Of a stretch of 31,295 nt of DNA, positions 10,321-22,330 are shown in pieces (within the stretch, counting starts at the first letter, position 1; every line of letters begins with the position of its first letter). A program made the position numbers and the translations under genes. Source of the stretch: Paraspadella gotoi. Its lineage: Eukaryota; Animalia; Chaetognatha. The stretch spans positions 2,459 to 33,753 of the forward strand of contig JBJCIZ010001363.1 in the NCBI GenBank assembly GCA_051294375.1, read 5' to 3'. The notes under the pieces are model-generated. The model had not been told where the DNA came from. It saw nothing but the letters and a program-made list of their open reading frames with translations, and did not search any database.

Positions 10321-13083
10321 AATCTGTTTTGTGATTTTTTAATTTAGATTCATATTTAGAGCATGCTGCCATGAAGCGTGAATAACTAAAAAACAAAAGT
10401 TTTTCTAATTTTTTTTGTTTTTTTGGTGTTGAATGTTGATATCAGTTTTTCAATCATGAGAAAGTGTGGTTTGGGCGTATGATAATTTGGAAGTCGAGAA
10501 ATTAACTGGTTTTTGGCCGAGAGGTAAGAAAAGAAACGGAAGAGAAGACGAGATGAGAGAGAGAGAAGAGAGAAAGATGAGGAGAGAGAGAGAGAGAGAA
10601 GAGAGAAGAAGAGAGAGATGAGAAGGATGATGATATCATAGCAGGAATTATCAAGCACCAAAAGCAAATGATTGCGAGACTCAGGCGAGATTCCTGCGGA
10701 AATGGAATCAGCCGAATACCTAGATTGTCAAGATGAAACCGGAAATCGCCCATCAGCTCTCACAATATATTGGACTTCAAAATTTACCACACGTCGCGCG
10801 ATCCTCTTCCAATTGTTCTAGTTTCAGTAGCATTGATACAAAGACTCCGCGCGCGTCCTCACGGTCACACCTTTATTGACTCAGGAAATAAAATCCAATC
10901 TTGATTTCGCGCCGATCAAGAATATTATGAGTTTTTTCCGTAGTGACAGGATTCTAGGCAAGACTCAGCATCTCCTCCGAGAAGCGCAAAGCAACCACAA
11001 CCACCGCCACCCAAATGGTCCGCACCTCAAACCTTCACCTCTCGCCCCGACCGGACAAATACGTGTCCATCGAAGCGTATTGTCACTTTTACAAATCAAT
11101 ACAGTAAACAGTAACGTTTAAAAATCATTTACTGAACTCGTTGGATTCAGAAGTTTGAAGTTTTTATATGTATTTTATTTTTTAGATATAACAATAAAAC
11201 AATTATTATCAGCCATCAAAGCCATGTCAAAAATACTTTTTGTCATTTTAAAAAAATTCAAATCTTCCAACTACTCAATATTTTTTTAAGCTACTTAATT
11301 AATATAAATATGTTCGCTATGTATATGTCGATGGTCCACTAGGGTGGAGTGATGAAAAGATGAGTGATAGAACCTTATTTTTTTGCTGCTATAGAAATGT
11401 ATTAATGAATTTTAAAATGTCTTTTTAAAATTTTTTTAGCATAATATTATTTATAAAATATTTTAAAATTTTTAATTATTTTTTTAAAACTATTAATATA
11501 TATATTATCAAGTATAAAGTTAATGTCATGTACTTGTTGTTTGTTGTTGTTTGTTGTTAATAATTTTGAAAAATTTTTTATTAACAATATAATAAATATT
11601 GAGTGAGCTACTGTATTATTATTATTATTTTGGTAAATTTTTTTTTCAAAATAAATAATAACGAGATATTGATTTTCTATTAATAAGGTGGATATAGATT
11701 GAATTAAAAAAGCATCAAGCTAATATATAATATTATTTTATTGAGATTAAGCTTATTAATTAAACAGCTCAATATGAGGTATTTTATAAATAAATAATAA
11801 TGTTAATATTTGTATATATTATTTTATTAATTTATTGTTCTTTTTTAACACATTTGTTTTAAAGCCTTATAGTAGAATACTGATATTTTGTATCTTTATT
11901 TTTAAAAAAATTCTCTTTAAAAGTATAATTGATTATTTTTTTTTTTTAATTATAATTTTACGTAATAATTTCAATAATGAAATGAATGTAAAAAAGTTGG
12001 GAAGGGTCTCAAATTAAAGCTAATGTTTTGGTAGATATGATATAGTAGTATTAATATAACATCAAATTGTAACACACAGCACCAAACTAATAAATAATAT
12101 TTTTTCAAATTTTTTTCAAACAAGATTTAACATTATTTTTTTTTGCAATTTAAAGAGTTGCAAGCACTTATTGATCGATTTTTCAAAAAAACAAAGTATA
12201 GAAAAAAAATTAGTAGCAATATAGGGGATATATTTGTCTATAGTGCTACAATTCTGTAAAAAACTTTATAATAAATTTGCTAAGGCCTAATAACAGTATA
12301 GTAGATTCATATTATTTATGTAGTAATATTTTTATAAAATCATTAAAATATTCTAATTTTTTTTTATTTTTTAAGAACAGGAATATGGACTTTACATGTA
12401 GCTATAAACTGAAGAGACTTTATAAAATATGTTATTTAATGATATTTTATATTTGATTACAAAAATGATTAAAATTTATTGAAATATATCAGTTTTATGC
12501 ACAGAATATATAAATATTCAGTAAATTTTTACTTTTTTCCCCATTTTAAACACTGAAGAATGACTAACATTTTGATGAACATATTTTATATTTTTGATTC
12601 AAGTTTTTTATGAAAATCTGATTCTTTTTGAAAAGTTTTAAAAAAATTATCTTTCAAAATTTATTATTTATTGAACGTTATACAATTATATTATATTTTT
12701 CTAATAATATGGAGAGGAGACAATATGACAAATATTTTTTATACTAGTTAATCAATAACATAGATTCACTAGCTACATCTAAAATCCTTTGTTTTCCATC
12801 CAAATTTCACATATTTTTTGTTTGTTTTTGATCGCTCCACTTAATAATCCTGAAACAGAATTTCACTCTAAGTCCTTCGGAGTTTGAGAGTATTTGATTG
12901 GTTTTAAATTAAGAATATTGTTACAGCTGGTTTGAAAAAGCGTGAAAAAAGATTATGGCAGTAAATGAACTCTATGACATCTAACATGAGATACATAAGA
13001 TACTAAATTTTGTTTAGCGTTTTATGGATCAGTTTTTTCCATTAAAGGGTATAAATAACCTTATGTAAAAGCGGGGTTTATAA

Positions 13084-13540
13084 AACAAGTTTTGAGCAGA
13101 ACAATGTCGATCTGTCCTAACATAATTAAGCGGTAATCTGCTAATCAAGATGATAATACAATATTTTTGTAAAATAATTTTTTTCACGCAGCTATCATTT
13201 TTAACGTCGCACTGCATTTTTTTGTAAGATCCTCGATATTTGATTTCCATGCACATAATTTTCAACTTCATCATTTTTTTCAATTATAGCATCATTTTTA
13301 CAGAATTCAGCATCATTTTTTAAACTCGGCATAATTTTTTGAACTCGCATCCATTTTTCCACGCAGCGATCTTACATAATTTTTCAACTCATTTTTTTCC
13401 AATTTACAATCATTTTTTACAATTCGCATCATTTTTTAACTTGCATATTTTTTCAACTTGCATCATTTTTTAAAATTGTAATAATTTTTTTTAACTGCAT
13501 AATTTCATCAATTTTCATAATTTCATCAAACTTGCATATT
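13084..13540 (-). mobile_element. Family 1 3' fragment with expanded minisatellite
   Basis: aacaagttttgagcagaacaatgtcgatctg (reverse 3' end) followed by roughly 15 degenerate (caacttgcatcattttt) units. Confidence 0.75.
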
Positions 13541-14002
13541 TTAGTTCCGTAAGGTACTTGCCCCCGTCTAAAGAGAAAGACGGTAGTCAGACAAAGTAAA
13601 GCTTCGTTACGAATGCGAAAAAAAAGTTTGGAGTTCCCGACGATTTCCTCTCAACCAAATTCTTAATGGAAGCCGGCATACGTATAAGAAGAGACCCGCC
13701 CGCCTTGCGGCGCGGCAGGGAGAGCAGTCTTGAACAGGGTTGACCGTCCTCCCAAAGGCCAAATTGTAATAATTCGTTAGGTCAACCTCCACAAAACTCC
13801 GTCCGTCTAGAGTATTTTTAAAGTTGAGGCAAAACTTTTATCAAAAGGCCCGGAAAAAAAAAATTGGGGGGTTAGGGGCAAAACTATGAATAATATAAAA
13901 TGTCAGAGAGAGATAATCTTAATATTATTCTTTCCTACTATAAGTTCGTTCTCTTCTCCTAGGCTACTCAAAATCAACAAACTAATAAATAACAAAAAAA
14001 TG

Positions 14003-14027
14003 NNNNNNNNNNNNNNNNNNNNNNNNN
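14003..14027. other. Assembly gap (25 N)
   Basis: Run of 25 N. Confidence 0.99.
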
Positions 14028-15520
14028 TTGATGTTGCATAGGCAATTAACATGCGAATGCGTGTATTTTTAGATTCTCATTCCTATTCAATTTTTTTTAA
14101 CAAAACGCACAGAGAGAGGAGAGAGAGATCGTTTTCGGACGAATCAGCGCGCGCGCAGCAGAGGCGCAGAAAAAAGAAAAGAATCAAAGGCAGCAGCAGA
14201 AGCAGGCAGGGAAAAGAGAGAAAAGAAAGAGGCCCTGCAGAGCTTCTGCAGACTCGGTTTTTCCCGATGAATAGCACTGGGGAAAAGGGAGAGAGATAGC
14301 TACATATAATTAAAGAGAAAAATCAGTTAATTAATCAATAATTAATTAATCAGTCTAATTTATCTTTCAATTATTCAATCAATGCACATTTATTATCTAT
14401 TAATTAATATAATTTATCATATCGATATTCATTGTATCTATTATTTGATTATTCAGATCAATCAATCAAGTCAATCATTATCGGCATTATCTCCATCGTC
14501 ATCATTGTCTTTGTCATGGTTAGTGACGAAAATACTAAAAAACATTTCAAATCAAATTTTAACTAATATGCCTAATTAATTGCTCATTGAGTGGTGGGGC
14601 ATTGACCTAGAATTTTGTATGTGGGTAGGAAAAAAAGTGTGTGATTGAACAGGAAAAACAAGTTTCGATGGAATGTTTGAGTGAATGAGTTTAAATGAAA
14701 AAACAAAAAAATTGATTATGCTTCTTTTTCCTTTTATATTAAATGTATATGCAGGATGTATAATAAATCAAATAATTAATTAATTAATTAAATAAATTTA
14801 GTCAATTAATTCATAATTAATTAATCACGTCATTAATCGTCCATTCACGTCCACTTAGCAAAAAAGCTCCAATAATGTGATTGGCTGGTTGAATTTGTGT
14901 GTTGGGTAGGAAATGTGTGACGAAGCTTGATATAAAATTTCGGTGGAAACGTACGAGTGGAAATGAGTTTAAATGAAAAAATATGAGTCACATTTACTTG
15001 AATCTTTTTATTATTTTTAACCATAATAGATTGAGATGAAATTTTGTGAGCGGTAGGAAAATGTGAGAAGAAGCAGATATAAAGTTTTGACGGAATTCTG
15101 CAAGTGGAAATGACTTAAATGGATTAATAATTACCAATAAATGTTTTAATTAATTAATTAATAATGTGAAAAAATGATGCAATTTAAAAAAATTATTGCT
15201 ACTTGAACTTTGAAAAATGATGCAAGTTGAAAAAATGACTGCAAGTTGAAAAATGATAAGAAAGTTTGAAAAATGATGCAAATTGAAAAATGATGCAAAT
15301 TGGAGAAATGACGCGAAAATTAAAAATGATGCAAGTTGAAAATGATGCAAGTTAAAAAAATCTTAAAAGCAATCGTCGACAATTGCATAAAGAGAGAGAG
15401 AGACGAGAGAGAGAGAGAAGAGAGAGAGAGAATAAAATAAAATATAATTAATTAATTAAAAATTAATTAATTAATAATTAGTATAATTATTATTATATTA
15501 ATAAATTAATATAATTAATA
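14028..15520 (+). repeat. Direct duplicate of ~5184-6680 (interior of composite copy B)
   Basis: Collinear high-identity match including the Family 2-like piece (both translate to ...KERKERGPAELLQTRFFPMNSTGEKGER), internal units, minisatellite and (GA)n. Starts exactly at the gap edge. Confidence 0.92.
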
Positions 15521-15892
15521 TATTAAAAATTATGGATTGGCCTTTTCGTTTGACCTGCAACTCTTCAGATAGTATAATTATAATTAAAACCGATATAAAA
15601 TGGGGTAGAATGCATCAAATGCTTAAAGTGGATACATTTTCGGAATCGCCAGGAGCTCAGCTTTCTGAATTTGTACTCCATTTTAGCCTATTTTGAAGTT
15701 GAATTGAATGACCCTTTTTCTTAATACAAAAACGCGATGAAAGAAAGGATTTCACATAATGGTATAGATGATAATTTTTTTATTGCTGGATTAAAGGTTT
15801 TTTTTTAAGGAAAAGAAAAATGTATCATATTACCTATCTCTCTCTCTCTCTCTCACATATATTTACTTTGCAAAAATTTTTGATAGTCTGTC

Positions 15893-15960
15893 AAAAACAC
15901 TGATGAAGACTCGAACAAGAGTCGAAACATGTCTGTTTCTATTAAATAAAATCGTTGTAG
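15893..15960 (+). ncRNA. Minimal type I hammerhead ribozyme motif (Penelope-like element type), second copy
   Basis: Helix I AAACA/TGTTT (15895-15899/15934-15938), CTGATGA (15900-15906) plus one extra A, helix II GACTC/GAGTC (15908-15912/15919-15923), GAAA, palindromic ACATGT, GTC ending 15933, then aataaaatcgttgt as in the 7552 copy. Confidence 0.75.
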
Positions 15961-16399
15961 TACAAATCTAAACTTTGTTTTTGCTAAATACCAAAACACA
16001 ACGAAACGAAAAGAATACCACAATAAGGAAAAGAAAAGAAAATTATAAATATGATTAACTTTTTGATGCATGGATATTGTTTCTCTTCTCCTTCACCTGG
16101 AAAAACTTAAAAATAGGGTATTCCTTCTAAAGATTTACATAAAACTTTATGAAAGAAGGGTATAACTTTCGGCTATAGTTTTTGAGGCAAAAAATGGTAT
16201 GCCAGTAAAAAAATTACTGATAAAAAAATTAAATTAGTAAAAGGTATTAAAAATTAAAACCAAGAATTGTTAAAATTAGCAAAGTCTCATTAATTGAATG
16301 AAATTGAAATGAAATTTTGAATATTTACAGTTAATGTTAAAAGTCTTTTGGCTATTAAAAAGAATCTTTTTAAGATTCTTTAATTGATAAATATGATAG

Positions 16400-16750
16400 G
16401 ATTTTTTTATGATTTGGATGATAATCCTTTGTGATAAAGCTGTCATTAATAGTAAAAAACCATTAGCAGTCAGATTAGATCATTATTTGATTATCGAGCA
16501 CTATTTCCGTTTTGGGACACCACCACTATTGATGAAAACCCTTTTTTGAACATTTTTTGTCTAAGTACTACTTATTAAATAATTATACTAATTGCAGGAA
16601 AAGTAAAAAACAACTGCCTATCTTTTCATTTGTAGTAAAAAGAAAAATTCAATATTGTAGTCCACGCCAACTTTGTGCGTAGGTTTAAAGCAAAATCTGA
16701 TTGACGACACCTTAAGCACTTAAAATTATAGCTAGAGAATGGTACTATGG
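16400..16750 (+). repeat. Diverged copy of the unclassified repeat at ~7180-7540
   Basis: Shared ordered blocks: atttccgttttgggacac..ccactat, ttgtagtc, tgtgcgtaggttt..aaaatctgattga.gacacctt, agcacttaaaattata. The left boundary is approximate. Confidence 0.7.
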
Positions 16751-16844
16751 ATTGTTGAAAATTTCGACTGCATGGTTAGAAAAAAGTGAAGTACATAGCT
16801 ATTTTATGTAAATAAAGTCTGGTAGAATTTGATGAGGATAACCA

Positions 16845-17619
16845 TTTTAGTCGATCTGCTTTCAGCAGATCCCGACTCTATAATTCACTTTGTCGGTTTT
16901 GTCGGTCCGCCCCCTCAATCTTGTCGGCATTCACTTATATCATGTCAGAAATCGAATTATGATAAATTATGCAAAAAAAACGATGTCTGTCCATCAGTCC
17001 GTCCCACATAATAAAACACACCAATTACTCGTGATGGAAGGATGGATTGGAATGAAATTTTGTGTGTGGGTAGGGAAGGTGTAATTGAGTTTGGATTGTG
17101 AAGTTTCGATGGAATCGTGCGAGTGGAAATGAGTTTAAATGGAAAAAAACAAAAAAAATATATTTCACTATTTGAACACACAATTATCTCATGAGTGGAT
17201 GGGGATGAGACTTGAAATTTTGTATTTGGTAGAAGATGTTGATTAAACCTGGAAATCAGTTTCGATGGAATCGTTTGAGTGGAAATGAGTTTAAAATGGA
17301 AAAAAACAAAGAACCTGTTCTCACAATTGATTATGCTTCTTTTTCTTTTTATTTTAAAATGTAAATGCAAGATGTATAAATTAATCAAATAATAATAATC
17401 AGTTAATTAATCAATTAGTCAATTATTAATAAATAATTAATTAATCTGTCAATTAAAACAGACATTCGGGTCAAATTGCCTAATTAATTAAATAATTGAC
17501 TTGAATTAATTAATTATTATTAATTTCATTGAATTAATTATTAATTAATTAATTATTTAATTATTATCTACCGATAATGATCGTGGGCAGATCCGACATT
17601 GTTTGCTCAAACTTGTTTT
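16845..17619 (+). mobile_element. Family 1 HINE copy D, short copy with both ends (~775 bp)
   Basis: 5' ttttagtcgatctgctttcagcagatcccgac, short (GTCC)n, two internal units, AT tract, 3' ggcagatccgacattgtttgctcaaacttgtttt. Confidence 0.85.
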
Positions 17620-17899
17620 GTATAGTCTCATCTTCTTTGTCTGAAATGGCGATTTTGCCATCAAATATAGGGGTATGCATAAAAAATTGTAAAAATATGA
17701 TTTTTTTATTCGAGCCTAACGAAGTGTACTTTAATCGTTAATTCAAGTTTGACTTTTAAATATTTGATTTACGCCAACTGATTTACGTCAATTTGGAGTA
17801 ACGTTTCTGCCTCTTTACTACTGTCAAGGATATTCAACCAAAATTTTTAAAACGCTTTTTTCTAATTAAGAATACATTGTAGTATTGGATTCAGATTGA

Positions 17900-18480
17900 T
17901 TTTTTTTTTACGTGTGTGTTGGCGCTGGTGGCGTAAAAACTACGCCAAAACGTATTATTTCCCTAATTACATATGTGGCGTTAATGATTTTTTCAAAAAA
18001 AAATTTAAAATAATAAAATTAAATAATTGTATATGTTTAATATTTAAATTTGGAAAAGAATTGTGCGTAAAATGGCGTGAAATGAAGGTAAAATCGTTTA
18101 ATATGATATCATGATATGGGTAAGACTTTCTTTAATTATTCTAGTAAAAGCTATTCAGATAAGTGGTTTTAAGAGATTTATCGCGCCTTTTTTATAGAGA
18201 TGTGGCGTAGAATGGCCGTAAACTGAACAAAAAAACACAATAAATATTAATTATTCCTGTGGCGTAAAAAACATTTTGTTTATTTTCTAATAAAAACTTA
18301 CTCATTGAGAGTTTGTTTTAAAAATTTTCCGGCCTTTTTTATACAGGTTTGGCGTGAAGGCCGTAAAATGAACAGAAAAACCATAGTTAATATACTTTTT
18401 CAATTTTCGGGCGTAAAATCTATTTTTCATTTTTCGAAATAAAACTAGTTAAGATGCTTTTTGGCGTTTTAGAATGCGTA
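17900..18480 (+). repeat. Degenerate ~140-150-bp tandem array rich in TGGCGTAAAA motifs
   Basis: Units 18180-18325 and 18326-18460 align (gcctttttt-ata..ggcgt..ggccgtaaa.tgaaca.aaaaac..ggcgtaaaa). Looser units at ~17900 and ~18050. Confidence 0.65.
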
Positions 18481-19430
18481 AATTGACGCTAAAACTGCGC
18501 ACTTTTACTCCCTTCATACTCTTTCCCTTCCTTCCCTTGTCTTTTCTCTTTGTAATTTTTATACAAGTCTCCGATTTCTAAGAGAATTATTTTTCGGTTT
18601 TTAATTGCTTTTGAACTCAAAGAAAAAATGAATACCGAAAATAAATCTTAAAATCATTAGATAAAAAAGAAACAAGATTACACCACGTAAAAAGCCAGTG
18701 GACTCAATTTATTAAAAACGTATCCGAGAAATTAGTGCGAATCAACAATTGTTCTTTAGTATATGATTTTGACATGTTTAAAAAATAAAGACTATATAGA
18801 GAGATATGCCCATCTTAAATTCTAGGTATCAAAGATATATTTAGGCAAAGGAGAATTGTTGTCAGCAGAAAAAAGGGCACAAGAGTAAAATCTTAAGATA
18901 CAGTAATAAATAATATAATAACCGGTGAAATACAATGGAATGATCAAAGCCTTAATATCAGTAGGAAAGATTGTATATAAAAATGACTATCGGGCCAGGA
19001 ACTGCATGCTGGGCGCATTTTTGGACGCATGGCATTTTGGAAATGCAAGATGATCAACTTTGTTGAAGAGGAAAATCCATTGTGGCATCTCCTGTAACCA
19101 GGGGTTTGCACGAGGAAAGCGCTAGTTTTAGCGGCTCACGAATAAAAAGATAATATTGCGTTTTCTGTACTATTCCAATATTTTTCTTATTTGAAAGAAA
19201 GAGTTTCTTTTCCGGTTATTTAGTATAAACCTAGACTATTGACAGTATCTAGATTTAAAAAATATATTTTTTCTTTTTAGTATTTTCCATACAGTAACTA
19301 TTTCAAAAGGCCTTGTTTTTTGGAATCAAATTCCCTATTATTTTTCGGCCGATAGAAAAATAAAAATTTCGTCGAATACTGCTAATCCCTATCAAATAGG
19401 GTATTATTAAAATGGATATAAAAAACTCAA

Positions 19431-20062
19431 ATTATAAAAATTTTAAAAAGCCATATTTAACTTACATAATATGAAAAAAAAGACTTATATAAATATTTTG
19501 GTACGTTTATTTAAAAATTTTAAATTTAATTAACTGTTTGTTAGCTATATTTATTAATAAATAATAATAAAAAATAAGCTAAAGTGAAAAAAAATAAATA
19601 TCTTAAAATTTTAAAACGGATTTGACTTCCTTACAAAAAGTTGATATAAGAAAGTATAAATCCATTTTAAAAAAATCTTTCATTAAGTTGGTTACAAATA
19701 ATAAAAACTATTATTTTTGTTTAATTTTTCAATTTTTGGCTTAAAATTATAGTTTTATAAAATTTTATAAAAGCCATATTTAACTTACATAATATAAAAA
19801 TAAAGACCCATATAAATATTTTGATAAGTTTATTTACAAATTTTATATTTTATTAACTGTTTGTTAGCTATATTTATTAATAAATAATAATAAAAAATAA
19901 GCTAAAGTGAAAAAATATATATTTAAAAATTTTAAAACCGGATTTGAATTCCTTACAAAAAGTTGATATAAGAAAGTATAATCCATTTTTAAAAAATCTT
20001 TCATTAAGTAGGTTAAAAATAATAAAAATTATTATTTTTGTTTAATTTTTCAATTTTTGGCT
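19431..20062 (+). repeat. Tandem duplication, 2 x ~322 bp
   Basis: aagccatatttaacttacataatat at 19448 and 19771; caatttttggc ending at 19740 and 20061; few substitutions between units. Confidence 0.95.
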
Positions 20063-20139
20063 ATTTTCCTATATTAACTTTTTGTAAAGAATGCAAATCT
20101 ATGAAAACAATTTTGAAATTATTTTAAAATTTAGAAATA

Positions 20140-21404
20140 CATGGTGACAATTTTACAAGCGCCGGTAGAAATGAATAATAATAATTAATATTATTTTATT
20201 TTAAATTTCTTTCCAGCAACACTTACTGAAAATAAAAAAACAAAATTGCAATCTAAAAAAGTGATGTTAGAAAAATGAAACCCGATTTTACAAGCCAACT
20301 TTCTCCACTCGATGCCAAGCATACTAAACTGATCAATATAAAATTTGAAACCACATAAATGACGTAATAGTTCTACTCAACTAATTTTTTTTAAAATCAA
20401 TGAAAAACCACTGGTTTCAAATGACGCGNNNNNNNNNNNNNNNNNNNNNNNNNNNNNNNNNNNNNNNNNNNNNNNNNNNNNNNNNNNNNNNNNNNNNNNN
20501 NNNNNNNNNNNNNNNNNNNNNNNNNNNNNNNNNNNNNNNNNNNNNNNNNNNNNNNNNNNNNNNNNNNNNNNNNNNNNNNNNNNNNNNNNNNNNNNNNNNN
20601 NNNNNNNNNNNNNNNNNNNNNNNNNNNNNNNNNNNNNNNNNNNNNNNNNNNNNNNNNNNNNNNNNNNNNNNNNNNNNNNNNNNNNNNNNNNNNNNNNNNN
20701 NNNNNNNNNNNNNNNNNNNNNNNNNNNNNNNNNNNNNNNNNNNNNNNNNNNNNNNNNNNNNNNNNNNNNNNNNNNNNNNNNNNNNNNNNNNNNNNNNNNN
20801 NNNNNNNNNNNNNNNNNNNNNNNNNNNNNNNNNNNNNNNNNNNNNNNNNNNNNNNNNNNNNNNNNNNNNNNNNNNNNNNNNNNNNNNNNNNNNNNNNNNN
20901 NNNNNNNNNNNNNNNNNNNNNNNNNNNNNNNNNNNNNNNNNNNNNNNNNNNNNNNNNNNNNNNNNNNNNNNNNNNNNNNNNNNNNNNNNNNNNNNNNNNN
21001 NNNNNNNNNNNNNNNNNNNNNNNNNNNNNNNNNNNNNNNNNNNNNNNNNNNNNNNNNNNNNNNNNNNNNNNNNNNNNNNNNNNNNNNNNNNNNNNNNNNN
21101 NNNNNNNNNNNNNNNNNNNNNNNNNNNNNNNNNNNNNNNNNNNNNNNNNNNNNNNNNNNNNNNNNNNNNNNNNNNNNNNNNNNNNNNNNNNNNNNNNNNN
21201 NNNNNNNNNNNNNNNNNNNNNNNNNNNNNNNNNNNNNNNNTTATTAGCTACATTCTTATCTAAAAAAATTTAATGTCAACATTAAGCATACGTTATGTTT
21301 TTCCGTCGATATTTTGCCTCCAGAGTAACTCTTCCAATTATTTACACCTGGCTAGTTGCTGGCGTATTTGTATTTCTACCGGCGCTTGTAAAATTGTCAC
21401 CATG
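20140..21404. mobile_element. Tc1/mariner-type TIR element (MITE or deleted copy) with TA target duplication, interior in gap
   Basis: Perfect 33-bp TIR catggtgacaattttacaagcgccggtagaaat (20140-20172) and its reverse complement (21372-21404), flanked by TA at 20138-20139 and 21405-21406. No transposase is visible in the sequenced part. Confidence 0.85.
20429..21240. other. Assembly gap (812 N)
   Basis: Run of N. Confidence 0.99.
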
Positions 21405-21699
21405 TAAACTTACCAAAATAATTTTATAAGTTTTTATTTTTATATTTCAAAAGCTTATGTAAATTTTATAAAATTTTAATAATTTGATTTATCATAACTT
21501 ATAATGATTGTGCTATTTTAAGACAATTTTATATACATTAAAAATCCCTAATTTCCGACAGGAAAGATAAAAGTATACAAAAAAAAATGATCATCACCAT
21601 CGAATTCTACAGACTACACTACACTAAAATAGCTATGTACCTCACTTGATTTATTATATTTTGTTATTTTTCAACGCTCTTTAATGATCAAGTTATGCC

Positions 21700-21967
21700 A
21701 GTTGACCAAATTATGTCAGTTAATCAAATTATGCAAGTTGACAAAATTATGCAAGTTGGTATTGGAGCAGCTACTGGTAATGATTGATAGATCAAATGAT
21801 TTATATATTTTTTCATTAATTTTTTAAAAAAAGCCTGTCATGATTTGTAATGATCTTTTAAGATTACAAATTGAAAGTCAGAAAGAATTATCGTGATTTA
21901 TCATCGGATTAGCTTTTTACCGCTTGATTATCGTAGGCAGATCCGATGTTGTTTGCTCAAACTTGTT
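21700..21967 (+). mobile_element. Family 1 3' fragment
   Basis: ttatgcaagttg minisatellite units, then taccgcttgattatcgtaggcagatccgatgttgtttgctcaaacttgtt. Confidence 0.75.
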
Positions 21968-22211
21968 AACTTTTGCTTTACTTTAACTCTTATTATTCAT
22001 TTACTCAAACCTTAATCTTTGTAATAATGAAGATGAATATAAATCTTCTAAATATGAAATTGTTACAACCAATAAAAAGATTGATTTAATAAATAAGCTA
22101 TCTTGCTTTTGACTTTGAACAGGCTATGTCCTCAATGGTGGTTTAAGGGCTCCCTCACTCTCTCTCTCTCTCTTGTGTCTCTCTCCAATCGCCATTCCCA
22201 AATAATATAGC

Positions 22212-22330
22212 TTTTATCAAGCCCTACCGGCTGCACAGCCGGTTCAGGCTCGATATTGGATTGTTAAATGGGTCAGCCCTTTCTTTGCTATCGTTCGCCG
22301 TCCTCGTCCTCGTCGGTTTTCGTATTATCA
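22212..22330 (+). mobile_element. Family 2 5' terminus
   Basis: ttttatcaagccctaccggc-tgcaca-gccggttcaggctcgat hairpin, then gggtcagc..ttctttg and (cgtcct/cgt)n, matching the reverse complement of 25430-25551. Confidence 0.7.

Noticed and set aside
13695-13735. GC hairpin cccgcccgcc-ttgc-ggcgcggcaggg as a canonical Helitron 3' end or terminator
   Set aside because: No CTRR terminus at the expected distance on either strand, no U-tract, and a single occurrence.
15531-15575. Reverse-strand CTGAAGA-GTTG..CAAAC-GAAA hammerhead-like string
   Set aside because: Helix II is bulged, helix III and helix I do not pair, and the related string at ~998-1020 lacks the core.
20400-21263. 287-aa ORF
   Set aside because: Artefact of translating the N gap.
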